Below are positions 52,639 to 61,322 of a DNA stretch of 64,000 nucleotides, one piece after another (position 1 is the stretch's first letter; each line of letters opens with the position of its first letter). The position numbers were made by a program, and so were the translations under genes. Under the pieces are notes generated by a model. The model was not told where the DNA came from, did no database searches, and was given only the letters and a program-made list of their open reading frames with translations. Origin of the DNA: Smithellaceae bacterium (GTDB lineage Bacteria > Desulfobacterota > Syntrophia > Syntrophales > Smithellaceae); the NCBI GenBank assembly GCA_963667845.2, contig CAXXVL010000002.1, positions 576,001-640,000 of the forward strand. Direction: 5' to 3'.

Positions 52639-53013
52639 TCAATTCTTTTGTCCGTTGGCAGTTGCGTTTTCTAAAAGTTTAACTTCTTTTTTTAACTGCT
52701 GGATTTCTTTTTCTAGCTTTTCGTATTCGGCTATTTTCCGTTTAAGAAAACGGTAGGTGATTTTTGCTTTTTCTTCGATGCCGCTTGGTGTTAAAAAATA
52801 TAGATAGGCGATTTTATTTTGGGAGTTTTTGAAATTTTCAGCCTTAACAAAACCTTTTTCAATCACGGCTTTGACTAGAAAATTGATCTTGCCTAAACTT
52901 AAACCCAGATGCGACGAAAGATCGCGCTGAGTCATTTGAGGATTGGCATTGATCGCCTGCAAAAGCATCAGCATCTCATCGGTTGGTATATTCTTCTTTT
53001 TAGGTATCATCAT
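52639..53013 (-). CDS. EPS-associated MarR family transcriptional regulator
   Basis: [48 protein letters not shown]. Confidence 0.88.
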   Translation of the reverse strand: MMIPKKKNIPTDEMLMLLQAINANPQMTQRDLSSHLGLSLGKINFLVKAVIEKGFVKAENFKNSQNKIAYLYFLTPSGIEEKAKITYRFLKRKIAEYEKLEKEIQQLKKEVKLLENATANGQKN

Positions 53014-53059
53014 AAATTATGGTATCATGTTCATGGCGTGAACATGACTGTTAATAACA

Positions 53060-53200
53060 GTTCTATGGTCAAAGTTCAAGGGAAAACAAACTAGTTTTAA
53101 GTTTTAAGATTTAAGTTTTAAGTAAAATAGAAAGAAAAGATTGTTCTAGGTTCTAGGTTCTAGGTTCTAGGTTAAAAGAAACGAGTTTTAAGATTTAAGT
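53060..53200 (+). repeat. Compound heptamer arrays
   Basis: GTTCTAT GGTCAAA GTTCAAG; GTTTTAA-type x4 (53094-53121); GTTCTAG x4 perfect (53143-53170); GTTTTAA GATTTAA. Confidence 0.92.
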
Positions 53201-53206
53201 CTAGTC

Positions 53207-53533
53207 TTAATTGTCCAGAAGTTTTCGCTGTAGTAGCGTTTGCATATCTCGGCGGCCATCAACGATTAGTAGGATGTAAACCTTGTCATCAATAATCCGG
53301 TAAATCAATCGGTAGGGTTTGAAAAAGACCTCGCGATATTCCCGAATACCTAAGACCGACAGTTCTCTTGGATAAACGCCACGCTCCGGATACTCAGACA
53401 AACGGCCGAAAACCTTTTCAATATTGGTTAACAGTTGGTCTGCTTTCCCCGGGGCATCATGAATGGCAACATATTGATAGATATCCTCAAGATCGCGTGC
53501 CGCATCAACCGTCAGTAAAACAGTGAATGACAT
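53207..53533 (-). CDS. RelE/ParE family toxin
   Basis: A.RDLEDIYQY, L...PERG, YRE...KPYRLIY.I, DGRRD; coupled to the antitoxin by a TGATG overlap. Confidence 0.88.
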   Translation of the reverse strand: MSFTVLLTVDAARDLEDIYQYVAIHDAPGKADQLLTNIEKVFGRLSEYPERGVYPRELSVLGIREYREVFFKPYRLIYRIIDDKVYILLIVDGRRDMQTLLQRKLLDN

Positions 53534-53808
53534 CAGCGATCGCTCCTGTTTTGACGCAGCCGCTCGATCACACTGGCTGCCGGTTCCAATTTGCCTTCTT
53601 CGATTTGGCGGTTGCCCAAGGCAAGAATCTTCAGAAGGGCCATCGTTTCCAATGTTTGTTCATAGCTTTCGATGTTCTGTATAACCACTTTGGCCTCGCC
53701 ATTCTGGGTGATGACAAGTGGTTCAATCTGCGTGCCCATATTGCGCACAATTTCAGCAGCGTGAGCCTTCAGATAGCTGATCGGTTTGATCTGACTTGAT
53801 AATTTCAT
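53533..53808 (-). CDS. Phd/YefM family antitoxin
   Basis: IKPISYLKAHAAEI, PLVITQNGEAKVV, YE...ET.ALLKIL. Confidence 0.9.
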   Translation of the reverse strand: MKLSSQIKPISYLKAHAAEIVRNMGTQIEPLVITQNGEAKVVIQNIESYEQTLETMALLKILALGNRQIEEGKLEPAASVIERLRQNRSDR

Positions 53809-53836
53809 TAGCACCTCTCTTTCTTGTATGAGACCA

Positions 53837-53866
53837 ATTATAGTCCATAAACAGGTCAACTGTCAA
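53837..53866 (-). promoter_or_regulatory. Sigma70-type promoter of the toxin-antitoxin operon
   Basis: TTGACA (53866-53861), 18-bp spacer, TATAAT (53842-53837). Confidence 0.75.
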
Positions 53867-53873
53867 AGGAAAA

Positions 53874-53961
53874 AATAGTGGATAGTGGATAGAAAAAATA
53901 CAAACAAGTTTTAAGTACCGTAAAAAAACAGTTTTAAGTTTTAAGTAGTTAAGTTTTAAGT
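53874..53961 (+). repeat. Compound heptamer arrays
   Basis: AATAGTG GATAGTG GATAG; GTTTTAA GTTTTAA GTAGTTAA GTTTTAA. Confidence 0.88.
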
Positions 53962-54000
53962 AAAAAACAATCCGTGTTAGGCTTTACGTAAAAGCAAATA

Positions 54001-54714
54001 CTACTGGATAAGGGCATGGATTATTTCGGGAGGGAGTTTTTTGATGCCGCGGAGGCTGTGGGCGTCGGTGCCGAAATGAGTGTAGATATTTTTTTGTTGG
54101 AGATATTTGGCTGCCTTCAACACTTCCGGACCATACCAGCCATCGAAACTGCCAAGGTTGCCCTGAAACGCACAGCCAAGCTCTTTCAAATAATCTAAAA
54201 GAGTGGGTTCGTACGGTTTGGCTCCCGAGATATTTTGCTTTGGCTTTATAAACCGCAACCAGGATGATGTTTCCTGCTTTTGCGGAATAGCCAAAAGACT
54301 GCATCGCTCGGGATGAGCAATCATCGGAATAAGGCGGCTGCATTTGATCCTGAACAATGTTTCTTCTATCAATTCCGCTGGCGCATGACTGGGAATCTCG
54401 ACCATGACGTATTGTGTTTCACCCATTGTTATGGGGTCTTTTAAGTAGTCAATCAGAAATTCATCAAGGTAATATTCACGGCCTGCCAAGATTTCCAGAT
54501 CGATGTTTTCCGCTTTGAGCCTCGACTGCAAATCCAATACGGCTGATCTGACGCTATCGTTATCCGCTTCGAAAGAACCTTTGATAAGGTGGGGTGCGCA
54601 ATAAACTGTTTTGAAGCCGGCATCCCGCAATCCCGCTGCCATTGCGACAGAATCCTCAATTTGGTCAGGTCCGTCGTCCAGGTTCGGTAGGAGGTGGCAG
54701 TGAAAGTCGATCAA
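54001..54714 (-). CDS. CpsB/CapC family PHP-type tyrosine phosphatase
   Basis: IDFHCHLLP.LDDG, PH, IAHPER, GTDAH. Confidence 0.9.
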   Translation of the reverse strand: MIDFHCHLLPNLDDGPDQIEDSVAMAAGLRDAGFKTVYCAPHLIKGSFEADNDSVRSAVLDLQSRLKAENIDLEILAGREYYLDEFLIDYLKDPITMGETQYVMVEIPSHAPAELIEETLFRIKCSRLIPMIAHPERCSLLAIPQKQETSSWLRFIKPKQNISGAKPYEPTLLDYLKELGCAFQGNLGSFDGWYGPEVLKAAKYLQQKNIYTHFGTDAHSLRGIKKLPPEIIHALIQ

Positions 54715-54727
54715 GGAAAAAACACCA

Positions 54728-54766
54728 GTTTTAAGTAATTAAGATTTAAGTAGTTAAGTAATTAAG
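54728..54766 (+). repeat. 7/8-mer array downstream of the four-helix-bundle gene
   Basis: GTTTTAA GTAATTAA GATTTAA GTAGTTAA GTAATTAA; the last unit contains the gene's stop. Confidence 0.9.
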
Positions 54767-55130
54767 CCTTAGATTTAGATTTTGGCTTTAAAGATCTTAT
54801 TAGACCTTGGAGCATGGACGATATTTCCTTTAGTTCATCGACAAGTTCTTTCGCTTTGATGTTTTCGTAAATGCCGATTTGTTGGGCTATGTAAACTTGC
54901 GTACGCAATTCGCCAGCGGATCCCTTGGCAATGTGTAAAAAGCGAATATACTCAGTACTGCTATTTCTCTCGGCCCCTTCAGCAATATTGGACGCTATGG
55001 AAACGGCCGAACGCGTCATCTGGTCTTTCAGTCCATAATCACGGCAATTCTGCAGACTTTCATAAATTCTTACTGCCAACCTGCAAGCCCGCTTCCAAAC
55101 ATCTAACTCTTCAAAAGAATTGTAAGACAT
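54762..55130 (-). CDS. Four helix bundle protein (23S rRNA IVS protein / bAvd-like family)
   Basis: SFEELDVWK, GLKDQMTRSAVSIASNIAEG, FLHIAKGSAGELRTQ, MLQGLI. Confidence 0.92.
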   Translation of the reverse strand: MSYNSFEELDVWKRACRLAVRIYESLQNCRDYGLKDQMTRSAVSIASNIAEGAERNSSTEYIRFLHIAKGSAGELRTQVYIAQQIGIYENIKAKELVDELKEISSMLQGLIRSLKPKSKSKA

Positions 55131-55136
55131 AATAAA

Positions 55137-55246
55137 GTTTTAAGTAGTTAAGATTTAAGCAACAAGATTAAAATACTTTCACTGCGCCAACGTCTATAAC
55201 CCCGAAGGGGTTGTACTTAAAGCTTAATTACTTAAATCTTAAATCT
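55137..55246. repeat. Inverted pair of TTTAAG-type arrays around a TTCG hairpin
   Basis: GTTTTAA-type at 55137-55160, ACTTAAA-type at 55215-55246; minus-strand hairpin ACAACCCCTTCGGGGTTAT at 55196-55214. Confidence 0.88.
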
Positions 55247-55251
55247 TTTTT

Positions 55252-57699
55252 TTAACTACGATGCTTTGTCCACTTCTTTCGTAACTCTTTGGGGAGGTAT
55301 GATCTTAATTTTGTCAACCACGTGGCTTTCTTTTGTGATTTTGATTTTTCTTCGTCGGAGTAATAGCCGTACCCATAGCCGTACCCATAACCGTAGCTTT
55401 TGCCTTTACCGTAGCGGTAGTAGCGGCCGCCGTAGTAGCCGTAACTTTCTCCTTTTCCGGTCTTGTCGTTTATGACCAGACCCGCAACCGGGGCCTTGAT
55501 GTTGGACAGGGTCTCCCGCATGTGCTGAGCGGCTTTGATAGGCACCCTTCCTGCCTCCATGACTAAAATAACGATATCCGCAACCATGGTCAAAACGGGC
55601 GCGTCTGTGACGGCCAAAACCGGCGGGGCATCGATGATGATGTAATCGTAATTCTCCCGTTGAGTCAGCAAGAACTGGCGCATCGCTTCTGCACCAAGTA
55701 GTTCTGATGGATTGGGAGGGGTCGTTCCGGCGGTAATCAGGTCAAGACCGGAAATACCTGTGTTATGTTTGGCCTCGGCAAAGGTAATGTCCCCGGTCAA
55801 AAGCTCGCTTAGACCGGGGGTTTTGCCGTGGCCGAATTTATCATGAAGAGAGGAACGCCGAAGATCGCAATCAACTATAAGCACCCGGACGCCGGTCTGG
55901 GAAATAATGGCTGCCAGGTTGGAGGCAATGATGCTCTTTCCCTCGCCGGGAAACGAGCTGGTAACCAGCATGATCTTCTTCTCCCGGTTGATAGCCGAAA
56001 AATGGAGACTGGTGCGCAGTGAACGAAATGCTTCGGCAACCACTGACTTCGGCTCAAGCTGCGTGATCAGCTGCCCTGTGTCCGGAATACTGCCATCGCG
56101 TTTTGGTTCGCGGCTGGGAATGTGGGGGATAACGGCGAGCAGGGGGAGTCCCATCGCCCGCTTGGCCTCGTCAGCGTTCTTGATGGTGTCATCAAGGTAT
56201 TCCTGGAAAAAGGCCAGGCAAATTCCGAACCCTAGTCCAATGATCAAGCCCAAGAGAAGGTTCAGTGCTTTTTGGGGTTTGATCGGCCGAATGGGCGTAA
56301 TAGCCGGATCGACGATATCGATGTTGCTGATGGTGGAGGCTTTGGCAATACGCGCCTCCTCGTGCTTTTGAAGAAGAAAAGTATAGATGTCGGCGTTGAC
56401 CTTGGTGAGACGGGTAAGCCTAGCCAGGTCGCGCTCGACATCGGGAAGCGACCGCATTTGACCCTCATATCGCCCCAATTGCCGGGTAACTTCTTCTTCC
56501 TGTTTGGCAAGGTTCGCAAGACCTGTCTCTAAGACAGCCAGCATTTTCCGTTGCACCTCATCGATTTGACTCTGAACACTCTTCACCAACTGATGTGCTT
56601 CGGTATACTCGCTCATGAGCGCTCTCTTCTGCACGTCCAGTTCGGAAAGTTTCTGGGCAAGTCCCACCACTAGTGGATCATCCTTCATGACTCCCGGTGA
56701 ATAAACAACCCCTTTCTGAATAGCTCTCTTCAAGGCATCACGGGAAAATTCCATCTGTTTCTTTTGGAGGATGACTTCAGTCCGGCTCTTTTCCATTTGC
56801 GAAAGCTTATCGATCAGTGCCTGAGCCTCACCGTCAAGCTTGATAACGCCGGCACCGCTCTTGTAAGTTTGGAGGTTTTTCTCTGATGTGTCCAATTCTT
56901 TGCTCAACCCGTGGATCTGTTCATCGATGAAAGAGACGGTCCGGCTTGCTTCTTCGGCCTTGAAAACGACGGCCCGATCAAGATAGGCTTGGACGAGGGC
57001 GTTGACGATATCCCGCGCCAGGACGGGGTTGGTATTGGTATAAGAAGCACGGATGATGCCGGTCTGCCTGCCCTGTTCAATCACCTTGACGCTGTTTTGC
57101 AAATTTTCGGCAACATTATTAAACGGCAAAAGCGTCAGCTGGAAGCTATCTCCGATTTGGCCTTTGAGGTTACTTAAGAGAAGACTGAAGTTATTCTTCC
57201 TGATGGGGATGCCGGCTTTACCCTGCGCAATGAGATCATTGTTGTCGTCAATCACATCGAACGTATCTGCGCCAGTCATTTTGATCCGGTAAACCGGTTT
57301 CTTCGCCTTGGAGGTAAATTCCAGAATTTTAAATGTAAACCCTTCGGATGCTCCCTCAACGCGCCAGTCAAGGTGCAATCGCTCGACAACATTCTCAGCG
57401 CCGGTGCGTGACTTGAATATCTCAATCTCCGCGTTGACGGGGTTGCTGCTGTTGAGTGAAAGTTCACCCAGTATATTGCCCTTGCCTTTATCTTCCTTGA
57501 CGTGGAGGGATGAAGAAGCCTCATAAACCGGTTTCATAAGAAAGGTATAAAGGACAACGCCGATGAAGACGATGCAAAGAGCCACGGCAAAGGTCTTCCA
57601 ACGCCGGAGGATGACATTTATATAATTGAAGAGGTCGATTTCTTCCTCTCCTTGGGGACGTGGGGTCGGGTTCGGGGCTATGGGTGATGTTGGAATCAT
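55252..57699 (-). CDS. wzc: Polysaccharide co-polymerase / tyrosine autokinase
   Basis: Wzz-type N-terminus, two TM helices, AEAFRSLRT, Walker A PGEGKS, DCDLR, IIDAPP, C-terminal Tyr cluster. Confidence 0.93.
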   Translation of the reverse strand: MIPTSPIAPNPTPRPQGEEEIDLFNYINVILRRWKTFAVALCIVFIGVVLYTFLMKPVYEASSSLHVKEDKGKGNILGELSLNSSNPVNAEIEIFKSRTGAENVVERLHLDWRVEGASEGFTFKILEFTSKAKKPVYRIKMTGADTFDVIDDNNDLIAQGKAGIPIRKNNFSLLLSNLKGQIGDSFQLTLLPFNNVAENLQNSVKVIEQGRQTGIIRASYTNTNPVLARDIVNALVQAYLDRAVVFKAEEASRTVSFIDEQIHGLSKELDTSEKNLQTYKSGAGVIKLDGEAQALIDKLSQMEKSRTEVILQKKQMEFSRDALKRAIQKGVVYSPGVMKDDPLVVGLAQKLSELDVQKRALMSEYTEAHQLVKSVQSQIDEVQRKMLAVLETGLANLAKQEEEVTRQLGRYEGQMRSLPDVERDLARLTRLTKVNADIYTFLLQKHEEARIAKASTISNIDIVDPAITPIRPIKPQKALNLLLGLIIGLGFGICLAFFQEYLDDTIKNADEAKRAMGLPLLAVIPHIPSREPKRDGSIPDTGQLITQLEPKSVVAEAFRSLRTSLHFSAINREKKIMLVTSSFPGEGKSIIASNLAAIISQTGVRVLIVDCDLRRSSLHDKFGHGKTPGLSELLTGDITFAEAKHNTGISGLDLITAGTTPPNPSELLGAEAMRQFLLTQRENYDYIIIDAPPVLAVTDAPVLTMVADIVILVMEAGRVPIKAAQHMRETLSNIKAPVAGLVINDKTGKGESYGYYGGRYYRYGKGKSYGYGYGYGYGYYSDEEKSKSQKKATWLTKLRSYLPKELRKKWTKHRS

Positions 57700-57716
57700 G
57701 GAATCCTTAAACAACA

Positions 57717-57774
57717 GTTTTAAGTGTTAAGCTTTAAGTAAATAAAAACCAGTTTTAAGATTTAAGTTTTAAGC
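57717..57774 (+). repeat. Two GTTTTAA-type arrays
   Basis: GTTTTAA GTGTTAA GCTTTAA; GTTTTAA GATTTAA GTTTTAA. Confidence 0.9.
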
Positions 57775-57810
57775 AAAAAATATTTACCCTCATATGATTC
57801 ACTCTTTCTG

Positions 57811-58980
57811 CTAATTTCTAAAGAGGTATTTCATCTGGACGAAAGGCGAAAGGATCGCACCGAAGGCTTGAAGTGTGGGCAATACCTCGCTTACAGCTTC
57901 GTTCCAACTGGTCATCGCGCTCTTGGGGATATAAATGACATCGCCTTCGCAAAGCTCTACGGGCAGGGCATCTCCCCGGACAATCATATCCACATCAACC
58001 ACCATCAATTGACCTTTTGTTGTAGAAAGGGAGCGGATAAGGAAGACACGCCGGGCATGATAGCCTACTTCCTGAAAGCCGGCCATGGCGATGGCCTGCA
58101 AAAGATTAAGTCCTGATGGCGGAAGCGGTATAGATAATCCGGTTTTGCCCGCCCCGAAAACAAACACGACCTGGTTTTTATTGTCGGGCATAAAAATGGT
58201 ATCGCCCGGTTTAAGCCAAACGTTCTGCGCCTGATCAGCCCGCATCAGTAATTCGTAAACATCCACGGGTAAGACTTTTTTATCACGGATAATCCTAGCC
58301 GCTTTCGGATTGGCGGAGGCAAGATCGTATCCGCCACCCATGGCCAGCCCCTGAAGAACATTAAAGGGCCGATCCATGTAATAAACACCGGTGTTTTTAA
58401 ACTGGCCAAGAATATACAGAGGCTGGCTCTTGTAATCTGTCACTTCCACCACTACGGAAGGCTCTTGAAGGTATTGCATGAGTAGGCCTTGAATGTGGCT
58501 GCGTATCTGGGGCAGGGTGAGACCAGCAACCCGCACGAGCCCCAGGGAGGGAATCTGGATATAACCGCTACCATCTACACGACTGCCGCGTTGTGAGCCT
58601 GTAATTGTGCCAGTGACTCCACCCACGACAGTGAACAATCCAGGGGAATACTCCGGATGCCCGCTGACGGTGATCATAATGCTGTCATTAGGACCGACAA
58701 CATAATCAGCCGATGGCGGCGGTTCTTTAGGAGGCGGGATGGTCACTGTTTCCAGTTCGACAACCGGGCTCTTAACTTTAGGATTAAAGGATTGATTCGG
58801 GTCAGGCTTCTTTAAGCGTACTTCAGTTCCATTGCTGATGTCCTTTACGGTGCCAGCCACCAGATCCCGATTTCTTGCACAACCCATCGGCAGCAATACG
58901 GCAATCATCAAAAGACCTGCGAGTACAGAGCCGAAAATTTTTCGTTTTAAACCTATTATGTTTACTATTTTGTATCTCAT
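57811..58980 (-). CDS. wza: Polysaccharide export lipoprotein (Wza/OPX family)
   Basis: Lipobox-like PMGC, DYVVGPND, VDGSGYIQIP.LG.V.VAGLT, SLBB domains, WNEAVSEVLP helix. Confidence 0.88.
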   Translation of the reverse strand: MRYKIVNIIGLKRKIFGSVLAGLLMIAVLLPMGCARNRDLVAGTVKDISNGTEVRLKKPDPNQSFNPKVKSPVVELETVTIPPPKEPPPSADYVVGPNDSIMITVSGHPEYSPGLFTVVGGVTGTITGSQRGSRVDGSGYIQIPSLGLVRVAGLTLPQIRSHIQGLLMQYLQEPSVVVEVTDYKSQPLYILGQFKNTGVYYMDRPFNVLQGLAMGGGYDLASANPKAARIIRDKKVLPVDVYELLMRADQAQNVWLKPGDTIFMPDNKNQVVFVFGAGKTGLSIPLPPSGLNLLQAIAMAGFQEVGYHARRVFLIRSLSTTKGQLMVVDVDMIVRGDALPVELCEGDVIYIPKSAMTSWNEAVSEVLPTLQAFGAILSPFVQMKYLFRN

Positions 58981-59051
58981 GATATTCTCTTTAGGGTTAT
59001 TGTCTGATCCATAACAAATATTTTCAGGACAAACAAGGGATAAACGATTAG

Positions 59052-59178
59052 GTTTTAAAGTTTTAAGTACAACTAAAAACCGTTTTAGGTGTTACGTGTT
59101 ACGTTTTACGGTAAAAGAAAAAACTAGCTTCTAGGTTCAAAAAAACTAGTTTTAAGTTTTAAGTGTTAAGTTTTAAGT
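59052..59178 (+). repeat. Compound heptamer arrays
   Basis: GTTTTAA-type; GTTTTAG GTGTTAC GTGTTAC GTTTTAC (59082-59109); GTTTTAA-type x4 (59149-59176). Confidence 0.9.
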
Positions 59179-59209
59179 CAAAAAGAAAAAAGATTTAAAT
59201 ACATTAACT

Positions 59210-59260
59210 TTAGTTCTTCATCTCGGCGGGGGGAATGATGCCGTTGTTTGTTAAGGTCAG
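59210..59260 (-). pseudogene. Diverged duplicate of the 3' end of the SLBB gene
   Basis: Encodes LTLTNNGIIPPAEMKN* versus the gene's LTLINNGIIPPNEMK*; 39/45 nt identical to 59325-59369. Confidence 0.85.
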
Positions 59261-59265
59261 TAAAT

Positions 59266-59320
59266 TAGTGGATAGTGAATGGTGTATGGTGGATAGTAAA
59301 AGATAGTTCTATGTTCTACG
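59266..59320 (+). repeat. Heptamer arrays between the two 3'-end copies
   Basis: TAGTGGA TAGTGAA TGGTGTA TGGTGGA TAGTAAA; GTTCTAT GTTCTAC. Confidence 0.88.
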
Positions 59321-59321
59321 C

Positions 59322-60809
59322 TCACTTCATTTCGTTTGGCGGAATGATGCCGTTGTTTATTAAGGTCAGAACGATGTGGTGAATATTTTTAAGCCATGCG
59401 GGTTTGGTAATCTGTTCGGGCACGACAATGGTGTCGCCCTTTTCGATGATCTGGTTTGCCCGGCCGGAGCCGCCGATTTCCAGACGATTCCGTTTATTGT
59501 TCCAGGCAAAAAATGCCGCTGCCGGCTTGCGGATACTTCCGTCCGCCTTGATAACAAAAACGGCCGAATTGTCGGCTGACTTCGCATAACCTCCCGCAGC
59601 GGTGATATAGTCCTGATAAGATAACCGGCTTCTGAAGTCATATGATCCTTCGGCCTTCACTTCACCCATGACACGGACGGTGTCAGAGATGGGCGGGATA
59701 TCCAGATTGTCTCCATCTTCCAATTCTACATCCTGGAGTCCCCTCTTCTGTTTATCAGCATCTATGGTAGTGATCAAAACGCGTCCTGTGACCCGAAGGG
59801 TTTTGATCTGCTGAAGCATTTTCAATTTCAGTTCTTCGTTCGTTTTTTCATCACGGTCATCACCCGCATTCCCGGACTTGCCGATGGCAGCTGGATTCCG
59901 CTGCTGGAGTTCCCGTTCAATCCGGGCGGCCATTTGTTCGAGGCTTCTTTGCTGAAGCTTCCGCACCTGCTCTCTGCTAAATACTGCCGCCTGCAGCTGC
60001 GCCCCGGGCCTGTAACCGCCTGCCCTCCCGATTACGGAAGAGAGGCGCTCTTCTTTGGTGATAGGATATCTTCCGGGCAGCAGGATCTCACCGGACAGGC
60101 AAACCTCCGGCAAAATTCTTCCTTCGTCGAGCTGGTCTTTAACCACCAGCCGGTCATTGGGCCGCAGCGGCACATTGTGCGCCGGATTGCCGTCCAGCGC
60201 CTTCTTCAGATTGATGATCTTTCGATCCGTACTGCGTGATTTGTCCGCCCCGGATGCAAGGGGCAGAATTTCCGCCTGCTCCGGATAAGACGTCTTCAAG
60301 GTTCCCCCGCTCTGGCCGACGAGATCTCGAACGGTCATTGACTCCGTGAACGGGTAGGCTCCCGGCCTGGCAATTGCGCCGGCGATGAAAACGTCATGCG
60401 CTTTAACTTTTTCTTCCAAGACGCGCTCTCTTGCCGCTTTTTCCCGAACATTGTGGATGATGATCCGGTCTTGATCCAATAGAATAAGATTGTCGGTCAG
60501 GTCGCCTGATAAAGCATTTTCCACTTGAAAATAAATTGTGTAATAAACCTTCTGCCGTTTGTTGAAACGAATAATTTCCGCCTGACTCCGATCCGCATCT
60601 TTCGTCAAACCGCCCGCTGCCGCAATCGCGTTTTTAATGCGAACATTTTTTGTGAGAGGAAAACGGCCTGCCTTGAGGACTTCACCCTCCACTGTATAAT
60701 AAGGTTGGATGATTTCGGCCTCGCCTGACGGCAGCTGGGCCAAAGCATTACTTCCCCATGCGAAAATGAGGGCGAACAAAAAGGCGCAGATGAGTGAAAT
60801 ACGATTCAT
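59322..60809 (-). CDS. SLBB-domain polysaccharide export-associated protein
   Basis: Signal peptide; four SLBB repeats (V.GEV..PG.Y-like, AGG, L..GD.I.VP). Confidence 0.8.
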   Translation of the reverse strand: MNRISLICAFLFALIFAWGSNALAQLPSGEAEIIQPYYTVEGEVLKAGRFPLTKNVRIKNAIAAAGGLTKDADRSQAEIIRFNKRQKVYYTIYFQVENALSGDLTDNLILLDQDRIIIHNVREKAARERVLEEKVKAHDVFIAGAIARPGAYPFTESMTVRDLVGQSGGTLKTSYPEQAEILPLASGADKSRSTDRKIINLKKALDGNPAHNVPLRPNDRLVVKDQLDEGRILPEVCLSGEILLPGRYPITKEERLSSVIGRAGGYRPGAQLQAAVFSREQVRKLQQRSLEQMAARIERELQQRNPAAIGKSGNAGDDRDEKTNEELKLKMLQQIKTLRVTGRVLITTIDADKQKRGLQDVELEDGDNLDIPPISDTVRVMGEVKAEGSYDFRSRLSYQDYITAAGGYAKSADNSAVFVIKADGSIRKPAAAFFAWNNKRNRLEIGGSGRANQIIEKGDTIVVPEQITKPAWLKNIHHIVLTLINNGIIPPNEMK

Positions 60810-60844
60810 TTTAAGTTTTAAGATTTAAGTTTTAAGTATTAAGT
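60809..60844 (+). repeat. GTTTTAA-type array abutting a start codon
   Basis: Minus strand ACTTAAT ACTTAAA ACTTAAA TCTTAAA ACTTAAA ATG. Confidence 0.92.
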
Positions 60845-60877
60845 AAAAAATAAAAACAATAAGAAAAGCAACAAATG

Positions 60878-60907
60878 CAGCTCCGCTCTTTGAGTTACAA
60901 AAGAGCG
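60878..60907 (-). promoter_or_regulatory. 22-bp leader motif overlapping a hairpin
   Basis: Minus strand CGCTCTTT-TGTAACTC-AAAGAGCG-GAGCTG; matches 52546-52567. Confidence 0.45.
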
Positions 60908-60989
60908 TTTATATACTATGGCCTTGATATCAAAAAATCGGGTCCATTAGACGCCAATTTTTCCCTAGTGCCTGCCTGCGAAAATAAGT

Positions 60990-61066
60990 TGTCATTTCGA
61001 AGAAACGAAGTGACTGAGAAATCTTTAGTATCTTTGAAAAGATTTCTCCCTGCGGTCGAAATGACA
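60990..61066. repeat. Inverted pair of TGTCA-tagged palindromic (REP-like) units
   Basis: TGTCATTTCGA...GAGAAATCT / AGATTTCTC...TCGAAATGACA. Confidence 0.8.
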
Positions 61067-61322
61067 GACTGCTGACTTTTGCAAGTAGGTACTGGTATCC
61101 AATACTTGGTCTGTGACGTTTATCCGAATGATTCTTTTTTTGCAATGTTAAATAGAGAACGCTTCGGGCAGGCACTTACGGCAGACAGGCGCCTCACCAT
61201 TTAGTGATCAGAAGGGTATTTTGACCTTCGAAATAGTTTTTTAAGCAAGTGTTTTTTTGAGAATCGTCATTTAGTCGGGCATCCCACCCAACTGTTCTAT
61301 CGAAGAGTTTGGGAATTCTTTA

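Noticed and set aside
54762..55130. 23S rRNA intervening sequence
   Set aside because: The protein family name suggests it, but no rRNA sequence flanks either gene.
55365..55445. Short repeats at the wzc 3' end
   Set aside because: They encode the normal Tyr/Gly autophosphorylation cluster and are codon-periodic, not period 7.
59210..59369. Possible DGR template/variable repeat pair, given the Avd-like genes nearby
   Set aside because: Only 45 bp long, the mismatches include T/C and G/C rather than being adenine-specific, and there is no reverse transcriptase in the window.
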